Assembly (NCBI RefSeq): GCF_009914755.1 | Contig: NC_060928.1 | Length of the DNA stretch: 64,000 bases | Strand: one strand, 5' to 3' | Source: the human T2T-CHM13v2.0 reference genome, Homo sapiens | Shown here: in pieces, positions 39,103-53,310 of the stretch | Layout of the letters: the number at the start of each line of letters is the position of its first letter | Position numbering within the stretch: position 1 is the first letter of the stretch | Program-made: the position numbers and the translations under genes | The notes under the pieces: model-generated | What the model was told of the DNA's origin: nothing | The model's database searches: none | The model's input: only the letters and a program-made list of their open reading frames with translations

Positions 39103-41869
39103 CTTACTTATTCTTCTTTCTAAAGGTTTTCCCTCCTAGTGTCTAGCCCAATTTTTTCTTATAGGAATGAGTTTGTCTGTAGTTGATACCACTTCTTCAT
39201 TTCCTTCTTGAATGATGGTGGATAAGACATAGGGGAAATTCCATTTGAGGTCACCCTCATGTTAAAGTATGGTAGCCAGAGCATGGCCCAGAGAATGTTA
39301 TAACCTGCACTAAATGGCTATGTTGTCATGGCAGCTTCACTCTCATCTCTATGTCCACTCTGCTTTGGATTAAGCAGGGTAAATACCCCTTTGCCAGCCA
39401 CGTTCAGGTACCAGGAATCTGTTTTTCTTCAGTCTTGAGAGAAGCTTGACTAAATTAGAGGTTTAGGAGAATGAAAAAGGTATAGGACTCTGCTTGTCCT
39501 ACACTTTTATACACATAACAGGAATAATGCAAGGGTAGCATTAGGAAAGCAGTTGATTAACACTTCCTGTGTGTGATATGTAAGGTTAGCCATTTGGACA
39601 CCCCCTAGAGTACTTGAATATAACCAAACAAAGCACAGGATGCCATGGTTTCAAGACTATCCTAAAGGAAACAGTATCTATGGCTAATTGATCAGTGCTA
39701 CTGCACATGGTCATCCTACTCCCATTATATTCATGTGATTCAAGCTAACCACGTTTACCCACCCCAGTGAACAAATTTCCGCTGTAACCAGCCAGGGCAC
39801 TCCCTTTTACTCAATCAGAACACTTATTTTTTAAGTAATCAAAAGATCTGCAAATATATTAGGTTGAAAATATTTTGGAAAGGTTAAAAATCTTTCTCAA
39901 ATGCAACTTATTTATTAAATATATTCTCATCCATCAGAAGTCCTTCACAATCACAGTGTCCCTATTTTTCCCCTGAAAATTGTTAATGAAGGGGTGTGTG
40001 TGCCAGTATGTACATAAAATCAGACCAAGGAAGAAGGATGGCATGGTGTTTTATTTAACAGAGAGTTTTAACAAACTCAAAGCACATTTCCATCCAACAT
40101 GGGGTAGGGCCTGTCCTCTTTGTGACTGGGCTGCTTGGTTTTGGACTAGACTCCCATAGGCTTTAGGTACAACTACGTCAAGAAGCCAAAAATAGAAATG
40201 ATAGCATGCAGGGGATTAAAAAATGGTTTAAAGTAATTTTTCAAAGGCCCTACTATACATATTTAATATTTTATCATGCTTACTTCTTCCTCTTTCTCTG
40301 GTTCATAAATCTGTGGCTCAGAAGTTTGCACAGATTCTCAGAAATGATTTTTCTAAATACCATAGTATTTGTTCACAGTGACTGCCGAGTCAATGTCCAA
40401 CTAAACACATTATCTCCCACTACGTAGAAAATTAGATACTAATACATTTTCTGCCAAATAGGTTTTCTAACTGGAACCACTGTATTTTCCAATGACATGA
40501 ATACCCTTAAATGTCAATATGAATAAATTACTAATAATGAACTCTTCATTTATCTTTAATGCTTTGCCAAACTCCAGCTTGATTGAAAAGCTGATATTTA
40601 GTAGAAAGAAGAAAGGGTGTATCTTGAGGAAGAATCAAACTAACAAGGGTAATAGAGTAGAGCATTTCTGTGTCAAATTCCATCTGAACAATCCTGTTTT
40701 TTTAAAGGTCGGAAGCCCATACATACTTGGAATTTTTGCTCTCTCTGCCTTTGATTTAAAGTGCAAAATCAAAAGCCTGTTCTATGAAAAGAAGTGCACT
40801 TGAGCAACTCAGGAATGTGCTGAAGCCTTTCTACAAATTAATCTCTTCTTTAGTGAAGTGAAACATCGGGACCATTCAGGGACAGTGGGAGGGTCTCAGG
40901 GGCTTGAATTTGAGCCAAGCTTAATGAGAAGGAGTTGGAGGCAAAATGGAATTGAACTGTACCTTGTTAACTGTTGAAAGCTGTGAATGAGGTGGACTTA
41001 CTGGCCAAGAATTCTTTTCCTTTGTTGCAATTAACTGCAGTATAGGGGATACTTGTGAGGTAGTTTTCACGATCTTTAAAGATCATTTTTTTAAAAAATT
41101 ATACATTTTTACAAATGATTTATAAATTTGCTACTGCTTTGAAGACATATAAATTCATGTTTCAGTGAAGTAAACATTTATTCATTTCACCATTTTTACT
41201 GGGAATCTCTATTGCTAGCCACTGTCTCAGGTGCCAGGGGGAATAGTAGTGTTAAACACAGTCCCGGGCTCCAGTGACTCAACTTCCAGCTGGAATCTCT
41301 CAGCCCTAGCAGGAAAGGCCAAAACCAAGAGGACATATATGCATCAGACCTCTCTCTCTGCAGTTCTCTGAGCAAACTATTCCTCTTAGGGGATCATGGC
41401 ATATTGTTTCCAGGGAGACCTTTCTGTGCTGCAGATGCTGGTTTCTTCCATCAATTTCTTCTATAGAAAACTGCTAACTAAACCTGCTAAGCTGGAAGCC
41501 TGGTAACCTTGAGAATGAATGTTCAACTATGACCCGGGGAACATGGATTTATGACAGATAAAAATCAACTGGAACAAGTTACTAAAATGTTCTATGACTC
41601 AGTTTCCTGTTTTGTAAAATGGAGATGGGATCTGCTCTGCAGGGTTGCTGGGAAATGTGTGCTGACCACAATTGACCACAATTCGCAACGTCTCAACATG
41701 TTTCTCAGATGTGACATACCTGATTAGCACCTTTGGATCATTCAAAAATACACCAATTTTATTATACATATTGTCTCTTAAAAAACGAGCTGCTAAATTG
41801 TTTAATGGGTAGAACAATTCTATGCCTAGAATGGCCATTGAATCAGGTGTGGAACCACAGGTGTCTTGT

Positions 41870-42140
41870 AAGTGGCTCTCCAGAGCGAAAGGTTCCAAAG
41901 CTAACAGTAAAGTGGGTAAGGTGTGCCCTGAAGTGTAGGAAGAAAAATTGAACTCTTTATAGGTTTTATCTCATCTGTTACTAGTCTCTGTTTTCACATA
42001 TTTCATAATGTGCATATTAGAATAGTAGATGTATTCATATATACAAATATGTAATTTATTAATAAGTACACATATTTTGGGAGCGCATGCTTAATTTTTA
42101 ATTGACAGACCTTATAGCCAAAAGAGTTAAGAGACCACTA
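41870..42140. mobile_element. hAT-Charlie element, MER112-like
   Basis: 'gtgtaggaagaaaaattgaact...catattttgggagcgcatgctt...gagaccact'. Confidence 0.5.
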
Positions 42141-42296
42141 TTTTAGAGGAGGAACAATTAAACTAGTCAGTCAAAAGTAATAAAGAAACCAAAACCATGT
42201 AGGAAGGCAATATTCCAGGTTAATTCAAATTGTCTTTAATGTGAATGGACAAAAACCCTCTAAATATAAAAAGTAACTTGTTTCTGTTTTTGTTCA

Positions 42297-42575
42297 TTTT
42301 ATTTATTTTGAGACAGGGTCTTACTTTCTCTCTCCCAGACTGGAGTGCAGTGGTGCGTCGCACTCCCAAGCTCAAGTGATTCTCCTGCTTCAGCCTCCCA
42401 AGTAGCTGGGATTACAGGCGCGCACCACTACCACCCGGCTAATTTTTGTATTTTTAATAGAGATGGAGTTTCACCATGTTGACCAGGCTGGTGTTGAATC
42501 CCTGACCTCAAATGATCCACCTGCCTCAGCCTCCCAAACTCTTGGGATTACAGGCCTGAGCCACTGTGCCTGGCC
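42297..42575 (-). mobile_element. AluS with internal deletion
   Basis: Alu dimer antisense with a right-arm segment missing. Confidence 0.9.
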
Positions 42576-42749
42576 TTTTTTTCATTTTAATGCATACAAT
42601 CTGAATCTTGAATTCGGTAGGGGTTCTTTGCTGGAAGCCTGTTTCTAGAATTAGCTTTCAAGATTCTTCTACAACATGGGAAAAGTTACAAAAATGAAAC
42701 AAAAATGACTTTGTAGGCTATTTGCAAGTTCAGGTCACTTTTCCCCTTT

Positions 42750-43165
42750 CTACCTTACTGTGACCTCTGAGGAAGCTGGCCTCGGGGGCTGCATTATCTA
42801 AACTTCATTGGACTCAGAGGTCTGTTTGCATTTGGCCAATGAGAAGCCCTGGCTGAGAATGGAGAGTGGAAGAAGGGAGTGTAGAGCATTGATCACCTCA
42901 GTTCCTGCTGGGCCAAAGTGGCAATTTGGTGATGGCTGGAGGGCCACAGACCCTGTCCAGCAAATTTTTCCAAAAGGCATTGCTCTGTCTGAGCTCCTGA
43001 TGCTCATCGCTCCCTTTGATTCTTCAGGTTGAGATGGGTTAAGAGCAATCTGGCTCTTGCTGTATTATTTCTTGTTGGTTGAGTTGTAAATAGACCTATT
43101 ATTAAACTCTTCCTCATTGTCCCTTTTGGTTTACATCTATTTCCTGTTAGTATCCTGGCAGCATA
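42750..43165. mobile_element. Old ERVL LTR, LTR33-like
   Basis: 'tttggccaatgagaagccctggctgagaatggagag'. Confidence 0.5.
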
Positions 43166-43279
43166 TCCAATTCAATTCAATCTGCATATGAAAATATATA
43201 CGTGGATAGTATGTAGACTCCAATCTGGCTATTTCCAAAGTTCATCTGTTCTTATATTCAAAGAGGATTTTGTTTTGTA

Positions 43280-43415
43280 TATAAAAGAAAGTCGATTAGG
43301 GAGACTTGATTCACACAATCACAAGGTGAAGTCCCACAATAGGCCATCTGAAGGCTGGGAAGAAAGAAGCCAGCAGTGGCTCAGTCCAAGTCCAAAAGCC
43401 TCAAACCCAGAGATT
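43280..43415 (-). mobile_element. MLT2B ERVL LTR fragment
   Basis: 'cacaatcacaaggtgaagtcccacaataggccatctg'. Confidence 0.75.
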
Positions 43416-45959
43416 TGATGCTCTTCTTGTTTAAAGCAGTTTTTTTAACAATATATGTAAAAGTACTATTTTAATAGAAATATCATGACTTTAATTTTTC
43501 TTACATGATGCAAACATATCCCTAGAAAAGGAGGCAGGTATCTCCTCAGAAATTGGCCTTTTAGAACACATACCAAGCAAGTATAATACCATATCAACAG
43601 AAATACAAAATATAGTGATAATGTGCTTAATAGATAATGCGCTAATGCGCTTAATAAAGTTTAATTGGAAATCAAGTGTCAGACTGTCCTGGGGGAATAA
43701 GTTAACCTTCTAGGGAATGCAAATATTTCACTACTGCATGACTAAGATATACAGAGATACAAATGTAAGAGGAAAATAAGTTTAAATTTTTGAAAGAACC
43801 CAATAGTGCTACCATTACTAACAATAATATCTAACATTTATTGAGTGCTTAAACTTTGTGCTTTACATGTGTTACCATGTTTAATTCTCATAATAACCCA
43901 TAAAGCAGTTACTATCCCCATTTTTTTGACACAGAAACTGAAGAAAAGGAAAAGAAATTTATCCAAGATAGGAGTCTACAGAATCTGGCTCTCTCTATAT
44001 ATGATGATGATTTTACAAGGTCAGTAAAAGAAAACTAATGTTCACTTAAGAAAAAATAGTTTATGCATTAATATTTTTTTCTTTAATTCTAAGGAGTTCA
44101 TCTCAGCAATTACAATAGAATTATTCCAGAAAGGGAGAAAAAAGAGCTCTAGGAGTCCTGTAAGACATATTAAAGGGATACGTTAGAAAGAGAAAGGTGG
44201 GGGGGGAGGTGGCTTTTCAATAGTTAGAATATTTGTATGAAAGTCATTTTTGAAGCAAATAAAGGAATCTTTTAAAGTAGAGACCCAGTTGTCCAAGGTC
44301 TTTCCCAAGCTGGTCCGTATCAACCAATAGTCTGGAATACTTAATGGGCAGAGACAAATAATTCAACCTAAGTTTACAATTAGAAGTAAACTTGAAAATC
44401 TACTCCCTTTTAGAAATGGTGAAATCTCCTGGATGTTTAAAACATGTCACATTGGCTCTTATTTATCACATTCAACTGTCAGTTTTGCCTAGGAGAAAAC
44501 AAATACAGTTGGCAAACTGTGGCCCTAACTGTTGTTGGGGTAAGTGATTTATCCTGCATGGAACAAAGGGAAAGGGCCAGAGTGCTGAGTTCTGGTCTAT
44601 TCTGATGCTGAGCAGTCCCCATCCTTGCTCTCAAAATCTGGATGTCTTTTGGCCAGGCTATATTGTAGATCAAATACATTCCAGCAGAAGATCTCTTACT
44701 AACCTCCTAGGATTACCCTGCATTTCTGAGACTGAAGTTCAGGCTCTGGAGAATTAACATTTCCCATAGAATGAAGAGTGTAAGATGTATCAAAAGAGGA
44801 AAAAAAAAAAAAAAGCAACACAAGAATGCATGTCATGTGAGATCATTATTAAGAACCAGAAGAATTTCTGATGGAAAATTCCAAATTCTCTTTGAACAAC
44901 TGCCTTGGGGAATGTCCTTTAGGAAACACTGGACTTACATATAATATGTCATTAACTGTGCTTATGATTTCCTTTCAGTGTTTATAGGTAGGAGTTAAGG
45001 CGTGGAATGTACAAATGTAACACAAAAATTACAGTACAGTGATTGCTTCCTTTGCCAATTCACTCTCCAGAAAGTCATGAAATTCATTGCAGCGTCATCT
45101 CTGGTATGAACAGCATACCAGAAACTTAAGCTTTTACCTTTCTTTAACCTCACAAGTTAGATCTGACCCAGAGTCTGTATTGTACACATATTGTGACAAG
45201 CACTTTGAGTGAATTTGGAAATGTGGGGCACTCCTACTGTAGACAAGTCCAAAATCTCTCTGTACCAGAGACATCTTCCTCAGCCTTACTTATGTATGAT
45301 AGGAGGAAGAGACATTGTCTCTGGAAAAAAATAATAATGTGGAGTTGGATTCCTGGGCTGTTCTCCACATTAGCCATTGCTGATTTGTCGCGTTTGGGGA
45401 CTGTGGCTGTGGAGAAATTATGGGTTGAATTGGTGAAAGTCCAGTGCTAATGGGGCCAAAGTTCACTGGCCTGGTTTGTCTCTTGGTGGCTGTCATAACT
45501 GTGACCCCATTTGGCACAGTTATGCCCTTTGCCGCCTGGGTGATTTGGTTCTCATCGCACACATGGGGCTGAGAGGGTTGAGCTTAGTGCTCTAATCTGA
45601 TGACAGAACTCTGGTGTCAGCCTAGCTGCCTTTACTCTGAGACCTTGAACAACATGTTTAGGTTCTGTCTAGGCTTCAGATTCCTTTCCCAAAGGGCTTT
45701 GGAAAGCATTTGTCATGATTTCACTAACTAAATGCTTAGACCACTGATGGTAGGAAACACAGTTTATATTTCTTCTCTTTCCCATGCAGTGCCTTACTTA
45801 CTGCCAAATATAAAGATAGAAGTAGAAAATTTTAAGGAAATTGATTCATACTGGGTCACCAGAATAGACTCAATGGTAAAAAATTTCCTTTATAATATAT
45901 AGTAGTAATCATAATAGTAGTAATGTAATCATAGCAGTAGTAGTTGTAATAATAGTAAT

Positions 45960-46190
45960 AGAGCAACTAACATTTGTCAATTGCATGACATCTTGTGAAA
46001 GGTTAGTATCTAATTTAATATTCGTAACAATACTCTGAATCAGGTACTATTACTGTATCCAATTTATGGCTGAGGAAGCTAAGAGAAAGAATGCTCAGGT
46101 TACTTGACTGAGATCAATAGCAAGTAAATGACAAAACCAGGAATTGCTGAAAGTTGGTTCCAAAGTTAATGTCATGTAGCCACTTCATAA
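45960..46190 (-). mobile_element. MIR
   Basis: 'ctaacattt...aacaatactctgaatcaggtactattac...gaggaagctaag'. Confidence 0.6.
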
Positions 46191-46882
46191 ACTGAATACT
46201 TTTGGACACTGTATATCTTATAAATACAAGCATCTCTACAATCTATTTGGCTTCTGTAGAGTATTTGACATACAGAAATTTCTCATGTGTCAAAATGTTT
46301 GAAAAATCAGGGATTAACTAATGGAAAAATAGAGAAAGGAGAAATACAGTATGATTCTACCTGACTACTTTTCTTATCATCGGGCTCCTACCATGAGAGA
46401 GTTTCAGAATTTAGAAAACATAAAACTTTCCAGAACCGATTTCTTTGGTCTTCTTTATAAACAGAGTAAATTAGATTGCCCTGTGTTTATTTATTCTCAC
46501 TGGGAAAACATCTCATTTGCTCCCATTGAGATTTTCAGGTTAAAACTGGTTTTCCTCTAAAGGCAGATTGGTAAATTAACAAAGGAACTGCAAGCAATCC
46601 TCAGACTAACTGCATAGTTGAGAAAAAGCATGAATACTTCTAGCTCCTTTCATTCCATGAGGATCAATTTCACCTGTGGTTCTTTACGCCTTAAGGGCAT
46701 TATTGATCCAGCTTCCTGTTTCACCAGGTCTTCACTCAAAGCTGCCTAAAAAAAAAAAATACACAAACAACAACAACAGCAACAAAACCCTTTTCCATCC
46801 ATCTCTATAACTAGAAGACCAGGAGGCAATCCACTGAAAAATTTAGTAATGTTTGGACATGTTTTAAATCAGCAATACTGGT

Positions 46883-47267
46883 ACTATGAATTGCCACTCC
46901 CCCACCCCCAATTCATGTGTTGGAGCCCTAACCCCTAAAGTGATTGTATTTGGAGACTGAGTTTTTAGAAAGTAAAGTTAATTGCAGTCATAAGGGTAAG
47001 GTCCTAATCCGATGGGATTGGTAGCCTCATAAGAAGAGGACAATAGATCTTTTTCTTTCCCTAGGAACATGCACCATGAAAGGCCATGTGAGCACACAGC
47101 AAGATGAAATCTTCCATCTGCAAGCCAGGAAGAAAGCCTTCACTAGAACCTAACCATTATGGAACCCTAACCTTTGACTTCCCGCCTCCAGATTGCCAGA
47201 AAATGTCTGTTGTTTAATCTACACTGTTTATGGTATTTTATTACAGCGGCCCAAGTAGACTGAGACA
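46883..47267 (+). mobile_element. MLT1A0-like solo LTR
   Basis: 'aattcatgtgttggagccctaacccc...ccatctgcaagccaggaaga...tatggtattttattacagcggcccaagtagactgagaca'. Confidence 0.8.
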
Positions 47268-47721
47268 ACTGGAGAGCTACTTTGTTTCCTGTGTGTATGT
47301 GTTTTCAGTTCAGCTTTTATTTGCTTTTCTTTCTCTTTCCCCTCTCCTTGCTCCCTTTCTCTTTCCACTTTCCCACTTTTTTTTTTTTTTTTTTTCTTAA
47401 AATTAGACCCAAAAACCTGTCCTTGAGACAGCCAAGTTGGCCTTTAAGGGCAGCGTTTACATGACTTCCAGTCTTTTCTTAATTGACTATCTCTGAAAAA
47501 TGTAGTAGGCCACTTTAATTTTCATACTTTTAGTCTTTCTTCCCACATATTGCAGCATCACACCTTCTATTCCTCAATGCCTCTTGTCCTCCTTGCCCAA
47601 CATGTTCAGAATCTATGCTAAAGAAAGGGCTGTTCCTATGTGAGTGCATGCTATGTGCATAAGAGAATGGTACTTTCTCATTGCAGAGAAAAATAGATAA
47701 ATAAATAAAACCTTTTTCCTC

Positions 47722-48123
47722 TCTTGTGGGCTGAAATGTGTTCTCCCAAAATTTACATATTGAAGCCCTGATCCCTAGTACCTCAGAATGTTACTGCATT
47801 TGTAGGTAGTACATTACAGAAGGTAATAAAGTTAAAATTAGGCCATAGTGTGAGTCTTAATGGTATCTCACTAGTGTCCTTACAAGAGAAGATTAGGGTT
47901 TACAGAGAAACACTAAGATTTCACAGGCACACACTAAGAAAAAAAGACCATATTAAGGGACAGTGAGAAGATGGTCATTTCCAAGTGAAGGAGAGAGGCC
48001 TGAAAAGAAACCAAACCAGCTGATACCTTGATCTTGGACTTCCAGCCTCCAAAATAAATTTGTACAGTTTAAGCCCATCTTGTCCATGCTATATTGTTAC
48101 AGCAGCATGCGCAAACTAGTACC
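47722..48123 (+). mobile_element. MLT1B solo LTR
   Basis: 'cctagtacctcagaatg...ggagagaggcctgaaaagaaaccaaaccagctgataccttgatcttggacttccagcctcc'. Confidence 0.8.
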
Positions 48124-50434
48124 TCCTTTTTAAGGCATTTGGAACATTGATGAGAGAGGGGTGTGATTTTTGAGGGCAGAAAATCTCAGCACGTTTGATA
48201 TCACATCAGTAAACAATAATCTACTCTACATTGGCTTTGATGAGCAAGTAGGATTTTTATTCTAGTTTGGCTTAGAATCATAAAATCATAATAACCTTAG
48301 ATACTACCTATTTCAATCTCCTCATTTTATATGTAATGATACAGAGGTGCATATGGAAGAACTGACTTGTCCAAAGCCCCACATTAGTTTTTGATCAAGT
48401 CAGGACTACAGTTCAAATACTTCAACTTCCAGTGCTCTTTTTGGCTACTGTATAAAATGTCATATCTCATTTTTATGTTTTTCCATCAATTCTGTTGTAT
48501 TTACTAACCATCATAGTCTAAGCATTTACCTTTTCAAAATATTTTTGTTTTCTCTCAAGTATTTATTTTGGAATACATATTTTTTCTACCTGAGTTTACT
48601 ATCTTGTAGGCTGAAAGATTTTCAGGGAATACACCAACAAGTTTTTCCACTTCTTGGATTCTTTTCCTCAGTTTTTAAATTATGATGGTTTTCACCTATG
48701 CTTCCCAGCTCCATTAAAAAGTTGGTTTTGCTGAAATAAACCTGCATATTTTTGTTTACTAAATGTACTGAATTTGTAATTGTAGACCTTAATTTGATTA
48801 TAACCACTGTCCTTGAATTTTCTTCACTCCTGTATTACTAGATTTCCTCACCACTACCACCACCAACACCACCACCACACACATAAAGTCCCTGGCTGTT
48901 TCCATTTTTAATTCTGCTTTCCTGAGCTACAAAAGAGCCTTTGTTATATCCTCACAGGGAATGTTGATGCCTTGTGAAGTCTAAGGATGGCTTTGTCAGA
49001 TAGAGTCTTGGCACAGCCTCAAATAAGTACTCAATCTTCATATGTTGATGCTATGTATAGACATGTGTGGTACTTTGTAGGCATTTTGAAGACCATCTCT
49101 GATCTTTTTTCAAATAAGATAGTTCAATTTTAACATCAGATTGAAGCTGTACAGAATTTCATTTTCAATGGTTGAAAGTGGATTTTAATCAAAGGGTTAT
49201 CATGATGATGAAAGGAATTGTTTCTAGGAGACATAAAAGTTTACAAAGCAATTTTATATACAGGATTCCATATGCTCTTTACATTAAGCATGTGGAAGTT
49301 TACTGTATGAATGTTATATTCATTTTTCAGGTGAGCAAATGGATAACAAGAAATCTTTAACAACTGACTCAAAGACAAACCACTAAATTGAAACCCGTAA
49401 TCTTTGTCTCTAGTCCCTTCCATTTTATTCTCTTTTGTTTTTGTTTTTTTTTTTTGCACGTTGCATTTTTGCATTTCTATATCAGTTAGTGTATTATTTT
49501 ATTTGTGAAGCATTTTAATGAATTTTTCTAGGACACAAGGATAGAAAAATAAGCTGGAACTAAATGAAATTAATGGTTAGTTCCAGTTAATACTCAGATA
49601 CTTAAAAAAAATCACCAGTTAATTAATTTAGTTCTGTCTTCAAACTAATTTATATTTTTGAATATAGTTTCAGTTACTTATGACCTAGAGTTTTTAATGC
49701 CTAATTCTGACCTACAGTGCTCTACTGGGTAAGAAATACAGCCCCACACCATATCTGAACCTTCCTTAGTGGTCATGAGGGTCTGTTTGACAATATAATA
49801 CAGCTTAGAAGCTTGGAAAAGGCCTGATATTTCAGAGGTTAGTAGCTTCTCAGACCAGGCTTTGGAGCTTGTCTTTCACCAATAAGGCAACAATATACCT
49901 AACCTCTAAGGCTCATTAAAAAAAAAAATTCTAAAAAAGGAAATGACTAGAGTATCTCTATCATGTGTTTGTTAGAAACATCTAATAAAATAATACATGA
50001 ACATTGCTCAGCACTGTGTGATACCTTGCTCCTAGACACTTACCTTTCTAAAATCAAAACGAAAAAATCAAAGTTTCAAATGTTTTGTGCCTTCATTATG
50101 AAAACCAAATTCTGTGTGCGTGGCTTCATACTCAAAATCATTCACAATTTCAATTTGTCTTAGCATTTCAATTTCACCTCCCACCCTGACTGACAAGTTT
50201 CTTCCCAACCACTCTAAAGTAACCACCATCCTTTGTTACCTAATCTGCTCTACAATTCCTGTTTCACTAAGCATTTGCATTTTCTTTATCCTGCTGCCAT
50301 TTTTTGGAAGATCCTCTCCTCCTGCAAAAGTCCCTCAATTCTTCAATTGAAGTACAATGAACATTTATTGCTTTGCTCTTCATTCCCAAGCTGCTTCACC
50401 CCAATCCCATATCCATAGTAATTTTTGTTATATT

Positions 50435-50628
50435 CAGGCCTTCAGCTGATTGGGAGGGCATTACAGAGGGCAGATCACGTTAAGGACGGCAAACTCCTTT
50501 ACTCAATCGACCAATTTAAGTGTTAATGTCATCTCAAAATGCCCTTGCAGGAAGACTCTGAATGTTTTACCAAATATCTGGGCATCCCATGGCCCAGTCA
50601 AGTTGACAAAATAAAATTAACCATCACA
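50435..50628 (-). mobile_element. MLT2 ERVL LTR 5' fragment
   Basis: 'ccatggcccagtcaagttgacaaaataaaattaaccatcaca' terminus. Confidence 0.8.
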
Positions 50629-50926
50629 GACTCCTTTGTTGATCTTGCTCATGTAACTTCACCCAAATTGTTTTTATCCCTGTGTTCTTTGACCTGGGAT
50701 TGAGAATAACACATCCAACCCCCTGCTTTGATGTTAGTGTGCAAGATGACATCATTTTAGGGAATTCATTGTATCTATTAGTAAGATTGTTCAATAGAAA
50801 AGTAGTACTTTTTTCATTATCAGCTTACAAAGATGAAAATAAAAAAATAAAATAAATTTTATCTCAATGACCCTGAAGCCAAGATGAATTTTCATCTTTT
50901 ACATGAATGAATAAAAATAATTTCCA

Positions 50927-51233
50927 GGCTGAGTGTAGTGCCTCATGCCTGTAATCCCAGCACTTTGGGAGGCTATGGCAGGTGGATCACCTGAGAGGTC
51001 AGGAGTTTGAGACCAGCCTGGCCACCATGGCAAAAACCCATCTCTACTAAAAATACAAAAAATTAGCCAGGTGTGCTGGCAAACACCTGAAATCCCAGCT
51101 ACTTAGGTGGCTGAGGCAAAAGAATCACTTGAACCAGGAGGCAGAGGTTGCACTAAGCCACGATCGTGCCACTGCACTCCAGCCTGGATGACAGAGAGAG
51201 ACTCTTTCACAAAAATAAATAAACAAATAAATA
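50927..51233 (+). mobile_element. AluS (Sx/Sz-like)
   Basis: Full dimer, (TAAA)n tail, TSD aataatttcca/aataaattcca. Confidence 0.93.
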
Positions 51234-51999
51234 AATAAATTCCACATATATCTTATATTTCTAAAATGAAAATATTAAGAGAAAATGAAAGAGATAAATG
51301 TCTGAGATCAGGATTTCTTAATCATTTAATGTTTTCTGTTGTAGACATATCCACCAGACCTACCTTTTGCCACTCTTCATCACTGTGAGATCCTCCTAAG
51401 AGAGAGAGAATCACAGAAGACTAGATAAAGCAATGTTTTAGTATTTGGTCTCTCCAAGCTTCAGTTTACATATTTAAAATGGTATAATATTAATCATTAC
51501 CTTTCACCTGTTGTGAAACTTAAATCATACCATCAACATAACTAAATAAATAGTAAGGATTAGATTTTAATATTAAAGCTAGTCTTTTAATGACAAACTT
51601 TGAATAAATCTCCTGCTAGTATTTAATCTTTGGTTTTATTGATACTAGTGACAATCCTATATTGCTTTCATGAAATACCTATGACTTGAATCTGTGATAA
51701 GGCATTTACAAAGAAGACTGGCAGAGAAATGGCTTTTGGATAGAATCTAGAGGCCTATGCACTTATTCATGCATCCACTTGTCCATCCTTCAGTTCATCT
51801 CAGATTTTCATTTATTTGCTGAATACATATTTGACTTGTAACTTTATCATGCCAAAAAGGTATGTTGGTTTTGGAAATGTGTCAATCTGCCTGAGTTAAA
51901 CTTTACTTTCCAGAATTTTCGTTCCTGTATGTTTTCTATCATACAGGATGGGAAACATCATATTCTGGTGTGGGCCACAAGACAGATTCTTGCATGACA

Positions 52000-52512
52000 T
52001 CTGGGGGGTGCAAGTGAAAAAGCAGCCATGAAGTGTCTCACATGCATTGTCTTTCATCTCCTGGTGAACCACATTGACGTAAGGCAACGTAGGGCCAGGC
52101 TTGCAACTATACCACCACTTTAGCCTAGATCCACGTTAGCCCCTCTGCCTCCTAGACCAGGTGTATGTGTTTCTCTGTGTGATAAGGGCCTTGCTTCTGG
52201 AGGGCATCCATACCATAAAGGTAGGAGTCAAAAAGAACTGGTATGGGCTTTATTCTGTCCTCATAGGCTCCAGCTGTTGCTCGTGGTTTCTAGCTTAATC
52301 TTGTCCTCCCCAGGTTTATAACCATCTTCCTTTCCCAATTACATTCCCTGTAGACTTCAAGCTCTAGCATCATCAGACATGTAAGCAATACCCTTACAGA
52401 TACTGCTTAACTTGCCTCCACAAGTGAATATAGTCAAATCTGTGTCATAACTTCTTTCATACAAATATATATTCTAGAGTTCCTGCTTCTGATTAAACCC
52501 TGACTGATGTGC
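52000..52512 (+). mobile_element. Old ERVL-class LTR (LTR41-like)
   Basis: Terminus 'cttctgattaaaccctgactgat' typical of ERVL LTR ends; 5' boundary uncertain. Confidence 0.45.
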
Positions 52513-52595
52513 AAACCTAGTCCTGGGTCTGTTATCAATACTGTTAAAGGTTGAATCATCTTTTGTAGGTTAAAAGAACATTAGAATTAATTTTA

Positions 52596-52907
52596 TTTTA
52601 TTATGTTATTTATTTATTTATTTTTGAGACAGAATCTCACTCTGTTGCCCAGACTGGAGTGCAGTGGCACGATTTCCGCTCACTGCAACCTCCACCTCTT
52701 GGGTTCAAGTAATTCTTGTGCCTCTGCCACCTAAGTAGCTGGGATTACAGGTGTGTGCCAATAGGCCCAACTAATTTTTGTATTGTTAGTAGAGATGGGG
52801 TTTCATCATGTTGGCCAGGCTGTTCTCAAACTCCTGGTCTCAAGTGATCTGCCCGCCTTAGCCTCCCAAAGTGCTGGGATTACAGGCATGAGTGACCAAA
52901 CCTGATC
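52596..52907 (-). mobile_element. Alu (old S or J)
   Basis: Full dimer; TSD tagaattaatttt/tagaatttatttt. Confidence 0.93.
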
Positions 52908-53310
52908 TAGAATTTATTTTAGATAAACTCACTTGAACATGACATTGTCATAATCAAAATGTATTTGTTGTATGAATCAGAAATACTTTAATTGACCTAA
53001 GTAGTTTTTAAAAAATTTTTGAATTCCCTAGATACTTCAATTCTTAAAACTAATAATTTTTTGAACTAGCTTTAAAACATGTATTTCCAAATAGTTCTTC
53101 ACTTTTTGACCAGCTTTAAACATTGTGAATATTCACATTCGAACATTGTGAATGTTTGCTTGAGTGGTTGCTGTTGCTACTGCTTCTTTTTCTTCTTCTT
53201 TTGTCTTCACCAACACTTAAATTATATCTTCCCTGTTTCTCATCTGCTTCAAAGTATACTTCATCCTCTTATTGCACTTATATCTGTTTGCTACATAACT
53301 GGTTTTGGGG

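Noticed and set aside
45193-45562. Overlapping 85- and 90-aa ORFs in unique sequence
   Set aside because: No recognisable homology, non-ATG starts and no convincing exon boundaries
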